Counted from the first letter of the stretch, positions 19,451 through 29,037 are shown. The stretch: 64,000 bases of DNA from an uncultured Armatimonadetes bacterium (GCA_963717145.1 OY970325.1:3744001-3808000), one strand, 5' to 3'. The notes: generated from the sequence alone by a model not told the origin. Program-made: numbers and translations.

Positions 19451-19933
19451 CTACATCTCAGGCGGCCAATGCGTCTTCCGGCTGCTGGTGAGAATCCCGC
19501 CGGAGCAGCGGAATCTGGGGCCGATCCGGAGTGCGAGCGCCAGGGCGCACACGCAATCATCATGCTGCCCTCGACGCGCCTGCGTGCGGACGTGCCCCGA
19601 GTTGGTGATCTCATACTCGTAGAACTGAAGCTCCTCGATCAGCGGCTCGATGCGCGGATAGACGATCTCCTGATGAGCCAGACGGACGGCGAGGTTGTCG
19701 ATCAACTCGCGCTTTGTCTGGTCGTATGTCGGCGCAACGATCATCTGCACCGATCCGTCGAACGCCGCCGCGAACGTGGCGACATCGACCGCCGCCGCCT
19801 CGGTCTTGCCCCATCGCCGTCCGCACGCCGCCACTCTGACGGGATGGCCGTCGAGCAGCCACTCCCTCTGGCTCGGATGAGGAGTCCAGCCAAAGAGAGC
19901 CGCCGCCAGTTCAATCCTCTTCGCGGGTGTCAT
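19451..19933 (-). CDS. Internally deleted terminase large subunit (160 aa; possibly a pseudogene)
   Basis: PHPSQ, Walker A ACGRRWGKT and IVAPTYDQ joined in frame to C-terminal nuclease segment ELQFYEY...HDDCVCALALA. Confidence 0.75.
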   Translation of the reverse strand: MTPAKRIELAAALFGWTPHPSQREWLLDGHPVRVAACGRRWGKTEAAAVDVATFAAAFDGSVQMIVAPTYDQTKRELIDNLAVRLAHQEIVYPRIEPLIEELQFYEYEITNSGHVRTQARRGQHDDCVCALALALRIGPRFRCSGGILTSSRKTHWPPEM

Positions 19934-20300
19934 CGTTCACCTCCGCTATGCGATTGAGCACCGATGTGAAGCCATCGGCCTCGTCGTCGCCGGCGGAATG
20001 CTCGGCGGCGAGGAGTCCGCTGGCCTTGAGGAGATCGATGATCACCTTGTGGCGGACCTTCTCGTCGGCGGTCTTGATCATCGCCTCGAGTTCCTGGGCG
20101 GCCTCGACGACGCGCTTGCTGATGAACCTGATGGCGGTCAGGCGGTTGTCGCGCACGAAATCGCAGAGCGCCTGAGCGAACTGCGGGTCGCGCTTCCACT
20201 CGTCGAGGGTCTCGCGGTTGATCTTGAGCTTGCGAATGACCTCCTCGTCGGTGGACTGGAAGAGCAGAGCCACGGCCCTGCGCTGTTTGGGATCGAGCAT
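19911..20300 (-). CDS. HTH protein, terminase small subunit-like
   Basis: LDPKQRRAVALL...KINRETLDEWKRDPQF HTH followed by helical region; overlaps the start of the TerL-like gene. Confidence 0.7.
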   Translation of the reverse strand: MLDPKQRRAVALLFQSTDEEVIRKLKINRETLDEWKRDPQFAQALCDFVRDNRLTAIRFISKRVVEAAQELEAMIKTADEKVRHKVIIDLLKASGLLAAEHSAGDDEADGFTSVLNRIAEVNDDTREED

Positions 20301-20318
20301 GATTGATGCTGCCTTTCT

Positions 20319-20332
20319 CGAACATATGTTCG
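20319..20332. promoter_or_regulatory. LexA SOS box, perfect palindrome
   Basis: CGAACATATGTTCG matches the Gram-positive-type CGAAC-N4-GTTCG consensus and abuts the RBS of 19911-20300. Confidence 0.8.
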
Positions 20333-20490
20333 GCCTGATGATGTCTCCTCCGACCTGTCGGAGCCCTCATATTACTAGCACGCCATCCTGCCCCGAAAGA
20401 ATGAACAAACCGTGAACTCTCCCGGAAATCTTCGCCGCAATACATGCTGGTCGAAGAAAACCGCGACTTTCTTTTGCGCAAATATTTAGT

Positions 20491-20507
20491 TTGGCACGGT
20501 TCTTGCA
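20491..20507 (+). promoter_or_regulatory. sigma54 (-24/-12) promoter
   Basis: TTGGCACGGTTCTTGCA = TGGCACG-N4-TTGC consensus. Confidence 0.85.
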
Positions 20508-20517
20508 CAATACCCTA

Positions 20518-20584
20518 GTGGACAACAACATCTTTTCTCCTTCCTAATTGCCCTCCGGCGCTTTGCCGGGGGGCTCTCTTTTTT
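20518..20584 (+). ncRNA. Candidate sigma54-dependent small RNA, copy 1
   Basis: Lies between a consensus sigma54 promoter and an intrinsic terminator (GCCCTCCGGC-GCTTT-GCCGGGGGGC + T run); carries ACAACAACA and TTTTCTCCTTCCT; duplicated at 20931-20996. Confidence 0.7.
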
Positions 20585-20605
20585 GAGTGGTCTTCCCCGT
20601 CCCAT

Positions 20606-20867
20606 GTAGTGGCCGTGCCGGCCATGCGGCTCCTACCCGCGCCGTCTAGTCCTGAGTATGCCGGTGAATGACGGCATGTAACGAAGGACGGTGGCATTCC
20701 ACCAGGCCTCTGTGCTCCGCAGGCCGCCCTTCGTTACATGCCGTCATTCACCGGCACACTCAGGGTTGACGGGTTGCTGTCCCCGGCACGCCGGAAGCCG
20801 GCACGGAGGCGCGGCCGCTACGAGGCGATGCGATGGCGGAAGGCCGGCACGGAGGCACGGCCACTAC
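20606..20867. repeat. Composite REP / long-hairpin repeat separating the two sRNA candidates
   Basis: GTAG REP at 20606, hairpin element 20642-20772, inverted REPs ending near 20821 and 20867. Confidence 0.88.
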
Positions 20868-20903
20868 GAGCCGCCCGAGACGTTTTTTTGGCAAATGCGC
20901 GGA

Positions 20904-20920
20904 TTGGCACGATTCTTGCA
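20904..20920 (+). promoter_or_regulatory. sigma54 (-24/-12) promoter
   Basis: TTGGCACGATTCTTGCA. Confidence 0.85.
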
Positions 20921-20930
20921 CTATACCCTG

Positions 20931-20996
20931 GTAGACAACAACATCTTTTCTCCTTCCTAATTGCCCTCCGGCGCTTTGCCGGGGGGTTTTCTTTTT
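20931..20996 (+). ncRNA. Candidate sigma54-dependent small RNA, copy 2
   Basis: 20934-20986 identical to 20521-20573; own promoter and terminator T run. Confidence 0.7.
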
Positions 20997-21095
20997 GTAT
21001 AACCCCTCAACTTGTGGTACAATCAGCTTTGACTGGGACAGCTACCGGCCGCAGTGCCGGCGTCCGATTTATCCGACGTCGCTGAGGAGCCGTCC

Positions 21096-22052
21096 ATGAA
21101 GAAACGATACCTGCCGTACATCATCGCGCTCATCGCTATCCTGACCATCGCAACGATTCTGATCGCCGACGATTCGCCCTGGATCACCCCCGAGCCGCCC
21201 GAGTTCACCTTCATCGTCATGGGTGACAGCCGGCCCGGGCTGCCCGCTGAGGCCCAGCCGCGGATGTTCAAAGACCTCATCATGCGCGCGGATGCCTACA
21301 ACCCCGGGTTCGTGGTGCATACCGGCGATGCGATCTACGGGTCGTCGAGCCTGGGTAAGGTGCAGGAGCAGTACAAGGATTTCAAGGACGCCGTCAAGCC
21401 GCTGAGGGCGAAGCTCTACCTGACCATCGGCAATCACGAGGTGCAGAACCGGGAGGCGAACCAGACGTTCTTCGAGAAGGAGATCGGCGGGCTGTACTAC
21501 TCGTTCGACCTCAAGGGATCGCATTTCATCGTGCTCGACAGCCATATCGTCGGCGAGGCGGGTCGAATCGCGGGCAAGCAGCTCGACTGGCTCAAGGAAG
21601 ACCTGCGGAAGTCGCGGACCGCCCGGCACAGGTTCGTCTTCATCCACATGCCGCTCTACCCGGTCGACGGCCACATGGGGGCATGCCTCGATGCGCATCC
21701 CGAGGAGCGCGACGCGTTACACAAGCTGTTCATGCTCAACCGGGTCGATACCGTCTTCGTCGGGCACGAGCACTTTTTCGACGAGCAGAAGAGGAATGGC
21801 GTCCGCTACGTCATCAGCGGCGGCGCAGGGGCGCCTGTGTTCCCATCGCTGAAGGGCAAGGGCGACTTCTACCACTTTGTCATCGTGAATGTCAACGGCG
21901 ATTCGGTCAAGATGAAGGGGTTCCGCCCGGCGCAGAGAGGCCGACCGGAAGAGGAGTTCAGGATTCCGCCGGATCAGCCGCGTGTCCGAATGCCGAGTCG
22001 GTGGAAGAACTATGCCGGCGATGGCTTGTTGAAGCGCGCTAACTCGGCATAG
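21096..22052 (+). CDS. Calcineurin-like metallophosphoesterase, N-terminally anchored or secreted
   Basis: GDSR, HTGD, GNHE, FIHMP, GHEH motifs. Confidence 0.9.
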   Translation: MKKRYLPYIIALIAILTIATILIADDSPWITPEPPEFTFIVMGDSRPGLPAEAQPRMFKDLIMRADAYNPGFVVHTGDAIYGSSSLGKVQEQYKDFKDAVKPLRAKLYLTIGNHEVQNREANQTFFEKEIGGLYYSFDLKGSHFIVLDSHIVGEAGRIAGKQLDWLKEDLRKSRTARHRFVFIHMPLYPVDGHMGACLDAHPEERDALHKLFMLNRVDTVFVGHEHFFDEQKRNGVRYVISGGAGAPVFPSLKGKGDFYHFVIVNVNGDSVKMKGFRPAQRGRPEEEFRIPPDQPRVRMPSRWKNYAGDGLLKRANSA

Positions 22053-22154
22053 GCGGCCACCTGCTCCTCGATCCATCCATCGTCGCGCCGAAAGGATATG
22101 ACATGCCCCTGGAGATCAACTACCACGATATCCATGTGCAGAAGCTTATGCTAG

Positions 22155-23742
22155 CAGCCTGTCCATGAAATAACCTCTGGCGCAAGGTGCCAGGTATGTA
22201 GTAAAATACGGGTATGAGCAAGCCATACCTTCCTTATCAACCTGACCAGATATTGCTGTTGCCGCCCTTGATGTCGGAGTGGCTGCCCGAGGGACATCTC
22301 GCATACTTTGTGAGCGATGTCGTAGACAGTCTCGACCTTTCCGCGATATACGCCTCATACGAGAAAGAGGCCCGAGGAGCGCCGCCGTTCCATCCGGCAA
22401 TGCTTACAAAGATCATATTCTACGGTTTGTGCCGGGGAGTGTATTCATCTCGAAAGCTCTCCCTGGCCACGTATGAAGATGTAGCCTTCCGGGTGCTTGC
22501 GGCAGGAAATCATCCCGACTTCCGCACGATAAGCGAGTTCAGGAAGAGGCATCTCAAGTCCCTTGCGGACCTGTTTGTGCAAGTGCTCAGGCTATGCGCA
22601 AGCGCCGGGCTTGTGTCGATGAAACACATAGCCATAGACGGAACAAAGCTGCTTGCCAACGCAAGCAAGCACTCCGCCATGAGCTACTCTCGGATGGTCG
22701 AGAAAGAAAAAGAGCTTCAGGCTGAGATCGAGGCGCTCCTTGCGAAGGGTCTTTCTGTGGACGACCAGGAAGACGCGGAATATGGTCTTGACCGCCGAGG
22801 AGACGAACTCCCGGAGGAACTCGCAACCAGAGAGAAGCGGCTCGCCAAGATCAGGGAAGCAAAAGAAGCGCTGGAGCGCGAGGCCAAAGAGCGAGCATCA
22901 GCCGAAGAAGCGATGCGAGCCCAAGAGAAGGCGGAGCAGGAAGCATCCGGGAAGAAGCCTCGCGGCAGAGAGCCGGGGCCCGTAAAGACAGAGCCGGAAG
23001 GGAAGGCACAGCGGAACTTCACAGACCCGGAAAGCCGGATAATGAAGGACGCAAAGAAAGCCTTCGTGCAGGCATACAACGGACAAGCTGCGGTAGACGC
23101 AGATCATCAGATTGTAGTGGCGTGTGATCTCACGAACCAGGCAGCGGACTCACCGCATCTTAGTGACATGATCGAGGCAATCAAGGAGAACACCGGAAAG
23201 AAACCGGAAGAACTATCCGCCGATGCCGGATACTTCAGCAGCGACAACATAGAGATGGTCGAGCAGCAAGGGATCGACGCTTATATACCGCCTGACAGAC
23301 AACGTCATGGCAAAGAGCCGACGGCGCCTTCCTGCCTTGATCCGGCAAAGCAATCCGCCGCAGATCGCCAGAGAGCAAAGCTCTTGACTCCTCTTGGCCG
23401 AAAGATCTACGGGAGGCGGAAGGAGACGGTAGAGCCGGTGTTCGGCCAGATCAAGAGCGCACGGAACTTCCGAGGCTTCCTACTCCGAGGCCTTGCGAAA
23501 GCGAAGTCGGAGTGGACGCTTGCGTGTCTTGGGCACAACATGCTGAAGCTATACCGATACGGCGACCGGAAATCGATCTTCGATACGTAGATATATGACC
23601 TGGATCAGGCTGATTATCAAGGTACAAGGGGTCTTTACAGACCCTCGCCGGAAATCCGGCGAAAAACACTATCGAACAGCAGCCAGCGCGACCCCGCAGA
23701 TGGGAAACTCACCCACATAGCGGGGAATTCTCAGACAGGCTG
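22155..23742 (+). mobile_element. IS1182-family insertion sequence
   Basis: CAGCCTGTC...GACAGGCTG inverted ends flanked by CTAG at 22151-22154 and 23743-23746. Confidence 0.9.
22214..23590 (+). CDS. IS1182 family transposase
   Basis: PDFRTISEFR, AIDGTKLLANAS, NFTDPESRIM, ADAGYFS, RKETVEPVFGQIK motifs. Confidence 0.95.
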   Translation: MSKPYLPYQPDQILLLPPLMSEWLPEGHLAYFVSDVVDSLDLSAIYASYEKEARGAPPFHPAMLTKIIFYGLCRGVYSSRKLSLATYEDVAFRVLAAGNHPDFRTISEFRKRHLKSLADLFVQVLRLCASAGLVSMKHIAIDGTKLLANASKHSAMSYSRMVEKEKELQAEIEALLAKGLSVDDQEDAEYGLDRRGDELPEELATREKRLAKIREAKEALEREAKERASAEEAMRAQEKAEQEASGKKPRGREPGPVKTEPEGKAQRNFTDPESRIMKDAKKAFVQAYNGQAAVDADHQIVVACDLTNQAADSPHLSDMIEAIKENTGKKPEELSADAGYFSSDNIEMVEQQGIDAYIPPDRQRHGKEPTAPSCLDPAKQSAADRQRAKLLTPLGRKIYGRRKETVEPVFGQIKSARNFRGFLLRGLAKAKSEWTLACLGHNMLKLYRYGDRKSIFDT

Positions 23743-24653
23743 CTAGGCGACGGCATTCGCTGCAAGTCTTTCCGCCGCGCTCTCGCTGAGATCGTAACGT
23801 CGGATTCCGCGGTCTTGGATATTGGTGCCGGTACCGGAATACTGAGTATCTTCGCGGCACAGTCGGGAGCCCGAGTGGTGTACGCCGTGGAGAGGACCAA
23901 GACGGCCGAGCTTGCCCGGCGCATCGTCTCGGAGAATGGCCTATCTGACCGCATACAGATATTCCAGGATGACATGGAAAACGTCGAGTTGCCTGAGAAG
24001 GTCGACGTGATAGTCTCCGAGTGGCTTGGCGGCTACGGGATAGATGAGAACCTCCTGCCCGTGATAGTCCAGGCTAGAGATCGATGGCTCAAGCCTGGTG
24101 GCAGCATGATACCCAGGCATGTTTCGTCCTGGATAGCCCCGGCCTACGATGAACTCCTCGACCAGGATGACGGCTTCTGGAGGCAGCACCCGTATGGCGT
24201 GAATCTCGCTGCCATCAGTGACGTCACCTCGAGCCAGTTGCTGTGGTGCCGCAACAACGTGAAGGAAGAGCACCTCTTGGCGGATGCGCGGCAGATGTGG
24301 GAGATCGACCCCGCCTCGATCACTCATGGTCAGGCGACCGACGTCTTCCAGGCTGAACTGAGCTTTTCCTGCCGCCGAAGTGGGCGCTGTAATGCGTTGG
24401 CCGCGTGGTTCGAGGCTTGCCTGAGTGACGGGAACATCCTGTCGAACCGTCCCTCAGAGCAGTACACGCACTGGGGGCGCTGGATCTTCCCCATCGGAGC
24501 ATGTCTGGATGTGGACGAGGGCTCGACTATCGCTGTCTCGTTCCGTGTGGAACCAGGGGGAACAGGGCAGTCGACGGCGACATGGCGGGTCAACCTCGGC
24601 GACTACTCATTCTCCTCGCAGGATTCGACGAGTCTCACCGGATGACGCGCTGA

Positions 24654-26216
24654 TCAGACGATGTAGCCATGCGCCAACTCGGTGTACCGCACTACCTGCC
24701 GCTCGGCCCACGGGGAATCGCGCCCAAGTTCGGCGGCCATCACCCGCGCCACCGTCGTCGCCATCTCGATGCTGATCTTCGCCCCCAGAAGCAGACACCT
24801 CGTCCGCCGCGAAAGGAAGTCCTCGACCGTCTGCGCCATCTCATTCCGGACCGCCCAGACGATCTCGCCGACGACGTGCGGCATCTCGGGATGGATGCGC
24901 TCGGCGTACTCAGGCTTCTCCCGAATGAGCGACTGAAGCGCGGGCGCATCCGAGCCATAGATCGCCAGGTCGCCGAACCGCTCGGAGTTCTTGTGGAAGC
25001 CATGGATCGGGAGATCCGCCGTCACGCACGGGCGTCCCGGATCGAGTTCCCCGAGGAGCGCCGCCTGGTTTACGGTGTCCTCCGCCATCTTGCGATAGGT
25101 CGTCCACTTCCCGCCCGCGATCGTGATCAGCCCGGTGTTCGAGATGTGGACGGTGTGGTCGCGCGACAGTGAGGCGGTGTGCTCCGCGTCCGACGATCCG
25201 ACGAGCGGCCGGATGCCGGTGAACGCGCTCAAGATGTCGTCATCGGTCGGGTCCTTCGTCATGTACCGCGCGGCGTGGCTGAGCAGGAAGTCGATCTCTT
25301 CCCTCAGCGGCTTCGGCTCGACCTCAATGCTGGTCACCGGCGTGTCGGTCGTGCCGACGATGACGGCATTGTGCCAGGGGATCGCGAAGAGCACGCGGCC
25401 ATCATCGGTGTGCGGCACCATGATCGCCGTGTCGCCGGGGAGGAAAGATCGGTCGAGCACGATGTGGACTCCCTGGCTCGGGTCGATCATCGGCCTGACT
25501 TCGGGGTCATCCATCCGCCGGACGGAATCGGCGAACGGCCCGGTCGCGTTGATGACGATCTTGCTCCTGATCTCGAACTGCTCGCCCGTCTCCGCATCTT
25601 CCGCGATAATCCCACTGACGACATCATCGGCCTTGAGGAGCGACTTCGCCTCGACGTAGTTCGCCAGGACCGCTCCCTGCTCGGCGGCGGTTTGGACCAT
25701 GTTGACGATCAGGCGCGCGTCGTCGAACTGCCCGTCGTAGTAGACCACTCCGCCTCGGAGGCCCTCAGTCTCGATGGTGGGGATGCGCTCGACGGTCTCG
25801 TCCAACGAGAGGAGGCTCGATCGCCCGAATCCCTGGCGGCCGGCCATGATGTCGTAGACCTTCAGCCCGAATCCGTAGAATCCGCCCTCCCACCAGTCGT
25901 ATCGCGGGACGACGAACGCGAGGTCGTGGACGAGATGCGGGGCGTTCTGGCGAAGGAGTCCACGCTCCCGGAGCGCCTCCAGGACGAGCGAGATATTCCC
26001 CTGCTGGAGGTATCGGACGCCACCGTGGGCGAGCTTGGTGCTCCGGCTCGAAGTGCCCTTGCCGAAGTCGAATCGCTCGACGAGGACGGTCCGGTAGCCC
26101 CGTGACGCGGCATCGATGGCGATCCCCACGCCGGTCGCCCCTCCGCCGATCACGACGATATCCCACGGATCGGTCGCGCTCCGTATCCGTTCGAGCATTG
26201 TATCTCGATCGAGCAT
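24654..26216 (-). CDS. glpD: FAD-dependent glycerol-3-phosphate dehydrogenase
   Basis: IGGGATG, GTSSRSTKLAHGGVRYL, DGQFDDARL, GGKWTTYR motifs. Confidence 0.93.
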   Translation of the reverse strand: MLDRDTMLERIRSATDPWDIVVIGGGATGVGIAIDAASRGYRTVLVERFDFGKGTSSRSTKLAHGGVRYLQQGNISLVLEALRERGLLRQNAPHLVHDLAFVVPRYDWWEGGFYGFGLKVYDIMAGRQGFGRSSLLSLDETVERIPTIETEGLRGGVVYYDGQFDDARLIVNMVQTAAEQGAVLANYVEAKSLLKADDVVSGIIAEDAETGEQFEIRSKIVINATGPFADSVRRMDDPEVRPMIDPSQGVHIVLDRSFLPGDTAIMVPHTDDGRVLFAIPWHNAVIVGTTDTPVTSIEVEPKPLREEIDFLLSHAARYMTKDPTDDDILSAFTGIRPLVGSSDAEHTASLSRDHTVHISNTGLITIAGGKWTTYRKMAEDTVNQAALLGELDPGRPCVTADLPIHGFHKNSERFGDLAIYGSDAPALQSLIREKPEYAERIHPEMPHVVGEIVWAVRNEMAQTVEDFLSRRTRCLLLGAKISIEMATTVARVMAAELGRDSPWAERQVVRYTELAHGYIV

Positions 26217-26316
26217 GGGGATATTGTACCATACCGCCTGTGGAGTGCGGAAGGAGTCCGACGCCTAACGCATCGAACATACCCTCAGCAATCATCTCCG
26301 GAAAGGTCCGCACCGC

Positions 26317-29034
26317 ATGATACGCATTTTCGGCTTCGCGCTGATACTTCTCCTGGCGGCGAGAGTGGTGTGCTCACAGGACGCTCCCGTCTCCTATCTC
26401 GATGGCACGGCGGCGATCCCGGACGATATGGTCCGCCCGTCGCCCGCCGATGGTTCGGTTGCCGCCACCAATCCGCCGGGGTTCGTATGGCTCCCCGAGG
26501 CGGGCGCCGTCTCCTACACACTCGAATGCTCCCGAAGCACCGACTTCTCCGATGCCGTCACGCTCGAAGGCACCAAGCTGAGCATCCATCAGCCGAACGA
26601 GCCCCTGCCCCAGGGCACGTGGCATTGGCGGTATCGAGCGGTATTCGCGGACGGGAAGACGTCGGCGTGGAGCATCACCCGCTCGTTCAGGATCACCAGG
26701 GACTCCCTCCCGCTGAGGTTTCCGCCGTTCGAGGAGGTCAAGGCGAACGTCCTGAGCGGCAGGCCGAGGCTGTTCGCGCGTGCGGCGAGTCTGGAAAAGC
26801 TCAGGGCGGCGCGATTCACGACGCTCAAGGCGCTATGGGAGCCGCTGGAGAAGACCATCGAATCGAGCATCGGCGCCAAACTGATCCCGGAGCCGGAACG
26901 ATATCCCAACGACACGCGCACCGCGGAGTTGTGGCGCAAGAACTATGGCGAGATCCGTGCGATGACCGGCCCGATGGAGTATCTGGCGTTCGGCTACCTG
27001 GTCACCGGGGAGCGGAAGTATGCGGACGAGGCGAAGCGCATCATGCTCTATCTCTGTTCCTGGGACCCAAACGGCACAAGCCGCTACACGTACGATGATG
27101 AGGTCGCCATGCCCCTGGCCAACAGCGTCAGCCGGGCCTACGACTGGATCCATGACACACTGACGCCCGAGGAGCGGACCGTGGTCGTCTCGTCCATGCG
27201 CATCAGGATGGGAGAGCTGTATCAGGTTCTGAAGCGCAGTCCGTACGAAGCAAGGCCCTATTCCAGCCACTCGTCCCGCGCTCTGATGTTCCTCGGCGAG
27301 GCGAGCATCGCGTTCATGGGGGAAGTGCCTGAGTGCGAGGAATGGCTGGAGTACGTGCTCAAGGTCTACGCATGCGTGTACCCGCCGTGGGGCGGCGCTG
27401 ACGGAAGCTACAGCGAGGGGCCGTGGTATTGGGCCAGCTACATCGGAAAGGCCCTGTCATTCAACGACGCTCTCCAGGGCGCGACGGGTGTCGAGCTGTA
27501 CGGCAAGCCGTTCTTCCGGCACACCGGCGACTGGGCGCTGTATTGCGTGCCGCCGTTCCTCAAGATGGTGGCCTTCGGTGACGGGCAGTGGCTTCCTCCC
27601 GGCTCGGGCCACCAGATGAATCTCTACAGGCTGTCGTCGGTCTACAAGAACCCGTACTACCGGTGGTATTCCGAGAGCTTCGAGAAGGGGATATGGAGCA
27701 GCCCGACCTTCTACCTGTGGAAAGACGACTCCGTGAAGGCCAAGCCTCCGACCGACATCCCGCAGTCGAAGGCGTTCTACGACTCCGGCGAGGTCGCGAT
27801 GCACAGCAACCTTGCCGATGGCCTTGAGGATCGCTTCCTGCTGATGAGAAGCAGCCCGGGCGGCTCGTGGAGTCATTCGTTTGCCGATCAGAACGGATTC
27901 TACCTCCAGGCGTTCGGTGAGCCGCTCGCGATCCCGACCGGCTACCGTCCGTTCTATGGCGACGCGCACCACAAGGGCTGGACCTGGGAAACGAAGGCGC
28001 ACAACTCCATACTGGTCGACGGCCAGGGACAGGTGACCCGCTCGCGATCGTCTCAGGGCAGGATCGCCGGGTTCATCACCACTCCGCGGATCGACTACAC
28101 GTGCGGCGATGCGACCAGGGCATACGGCGGACGGCTCGATCGGTTCCTTCGGCACGTCATCTTCCTGCGGCCCAACTGCTTCGTCATGATCGACGACCTG
28201 CACGCCCCGAAGGCGTCCACCTACCAGTGGCTGCTCCACTCCGTGGAGAAGATGGACGTGGATGAGCAGGCGAACAGGGCCGTGATCTCGAAGGGCGATG
28301 CTCGTCTATCGGCAACCTGGGTCTGGCCCGACAAGCTCGATTTCAGCCAGACCGATCAGTTCTCGGTCGCACCTGCAAACGGGATGCCGAACCAGTGGCA
28401 TCTCACCGCCTCGACTACCAATGCATCGAGGTCCCAGCAGTTCGTCACGGTGCTGCATCCCTATAAGGCCAATAATGCGTCTCAGCCGCTGATAGAGCGC
28501 ATCGAGGTACCCGGCGCGATCGGAGTCCGGTTGAGCCAGGACGGCTCAACCGACACCGTCGTGCTCAACAAGCTGGGCGGACCGATCGCCGGGCTGCCGG
28601 TGAAGTCGGACGCGCACATCGTCAGCGTGCGTGAAGAGGTCGGCAAGGTGACGTGCATGCTGATACAGGCCGGCTCCTACTTCACATACCGGGAGGAGTC
28701 GGTCCGGTCGGATGCGCCGGTCAATCTCGTAATGGATCAGACGAAGAGCATGCGCTCGCTGGTGTCGCAGTCGGAGGGGCCTGCGAGGATCGAGATCGCG
28801 GTCCCGGAGGCTGCCTCCAAGCCGTTGTCCGAACGAATCCTCGGCAAGATGAGCCGGTCCCCGGTCACGGATGACATGGACGACCCGAAGTGGTTCCGAG
28901 GAACGGTCAGGGTCGATGGAAAAGGTCTATCTAGGACCGAGTTCTCGTTCGATCGCAAGACTCTGGTGCTCAGCCTGAAGCTCCCCGCCGGCGAGCACCG
29001 CATCGAGATCAAGGCGACGGGACAGCCGACGTGA
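26317..29034 (+). CDS. DUF4962 + heparinase II/III-like polysaccharide lyase (oligo-alginate lyase-like), secreted
   Basis: Signal peptide, NPPGFVW, RPRLF, YSSHS, EGPWYW, HSFADQNGF, AHNSILVDG motifs. Confidence 0.8.
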   Translation: MIRIFGFALILLLAARVVCSQDAPVSYLDGTAAIPDDMVRPSPADGSVAATNPPGFVWLPEAGAVSYTLECSRSTDFSDAVTLEGTKLSIHQPNEPLPQGTWHWRYRAVFADGKTSAWSITRSFRITRDSLPLRFPPFEEVKANVLSGRPRLFARAASLEKLRAARFTTLKALWEPLEKTIESSIGAKLIPEPERYPNDTRTAELWRKNYGEIRAMTGPMEYLAFGYLVTGERKYADEAKRIMLYLCSWDPNGTSRYTYDDEVAMPLANSVSRAYDWIHDTLTPEERTVVVSSMRIRMGELYQVLKRSPYEARPYSSHSSRALMFLGEASIAFMGEVPECEEWLEYVLKVYACVYPPWGGADGSYSEGPWYWASYIGKALSFNDALQGATGVELYGKPFFRHTGDWALYCVPPFLKMVAFGDGQWLPPGSGHQMNLYRLSSVYKNPYYRWYSESFEKGIWSSPTFYLWKDDSVKAKPPTDIPQSKAFYDSGEVAMHSNLADGLEDRFLLMRSSPGGSWSHSFADQNGFYLQAFGEPLAIPTGYRPFYGDAHHKGWTWETKAHNSILVDGQGQVTRSRSSQGRIAGFITTPRIDYTCGDATRAYGGRLDRFLRHVIFLRPNCFVMIDDLHAPKASTYQWLLHSVEKMDVDEQANRAVISKGDARLSATWVWPDKLDFSQTDQFSVAPANGMPNQWHLTASTTNASRSQQFVTVLHPYKANNASQPLIERIEVPGAIGVRLSQDGSTDTVVLNKLGGPIAGLPVKSDAHIVSVREEVGKVTCMLIQAGSYFTYREESVRSDAPVNLVMDQTKSMRSLVSQSEGPARIEIAVPEAASKPLSERILGKMSRSPVTDDMDDPKWFRGTVRVDGKGLSRTEFSFDRKTLVLSLKLPAGEHRIEIKATGQPT

Positions 29035-29037
29035 CGT

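Larger units (their letters stand above)
22103..24645 (+). pseudogene. Protein arginine methyltransferase-like SAM methyltransferase interrupted by IS1182
   Basis: Removing the IS and one CTAG joins MPLEINYHDIHVQKLML to GDGIRCKSF...VLDIGAGTG in frame; SEWLGGYGIDE double-E loop and THW loop. Confidence 0.85.

Noticed and set aside
19451-20300. Intact prophage
   Set aside because: No integrase, att sites, portal, capsid, tail or lysis genes recognised in the window
20518-20547. Leaderless 9-codon peptide (GTG...TAA) in sRNA copy 1
   Set aside because: Copy 2 has GTA at that position, so the start is not conserved
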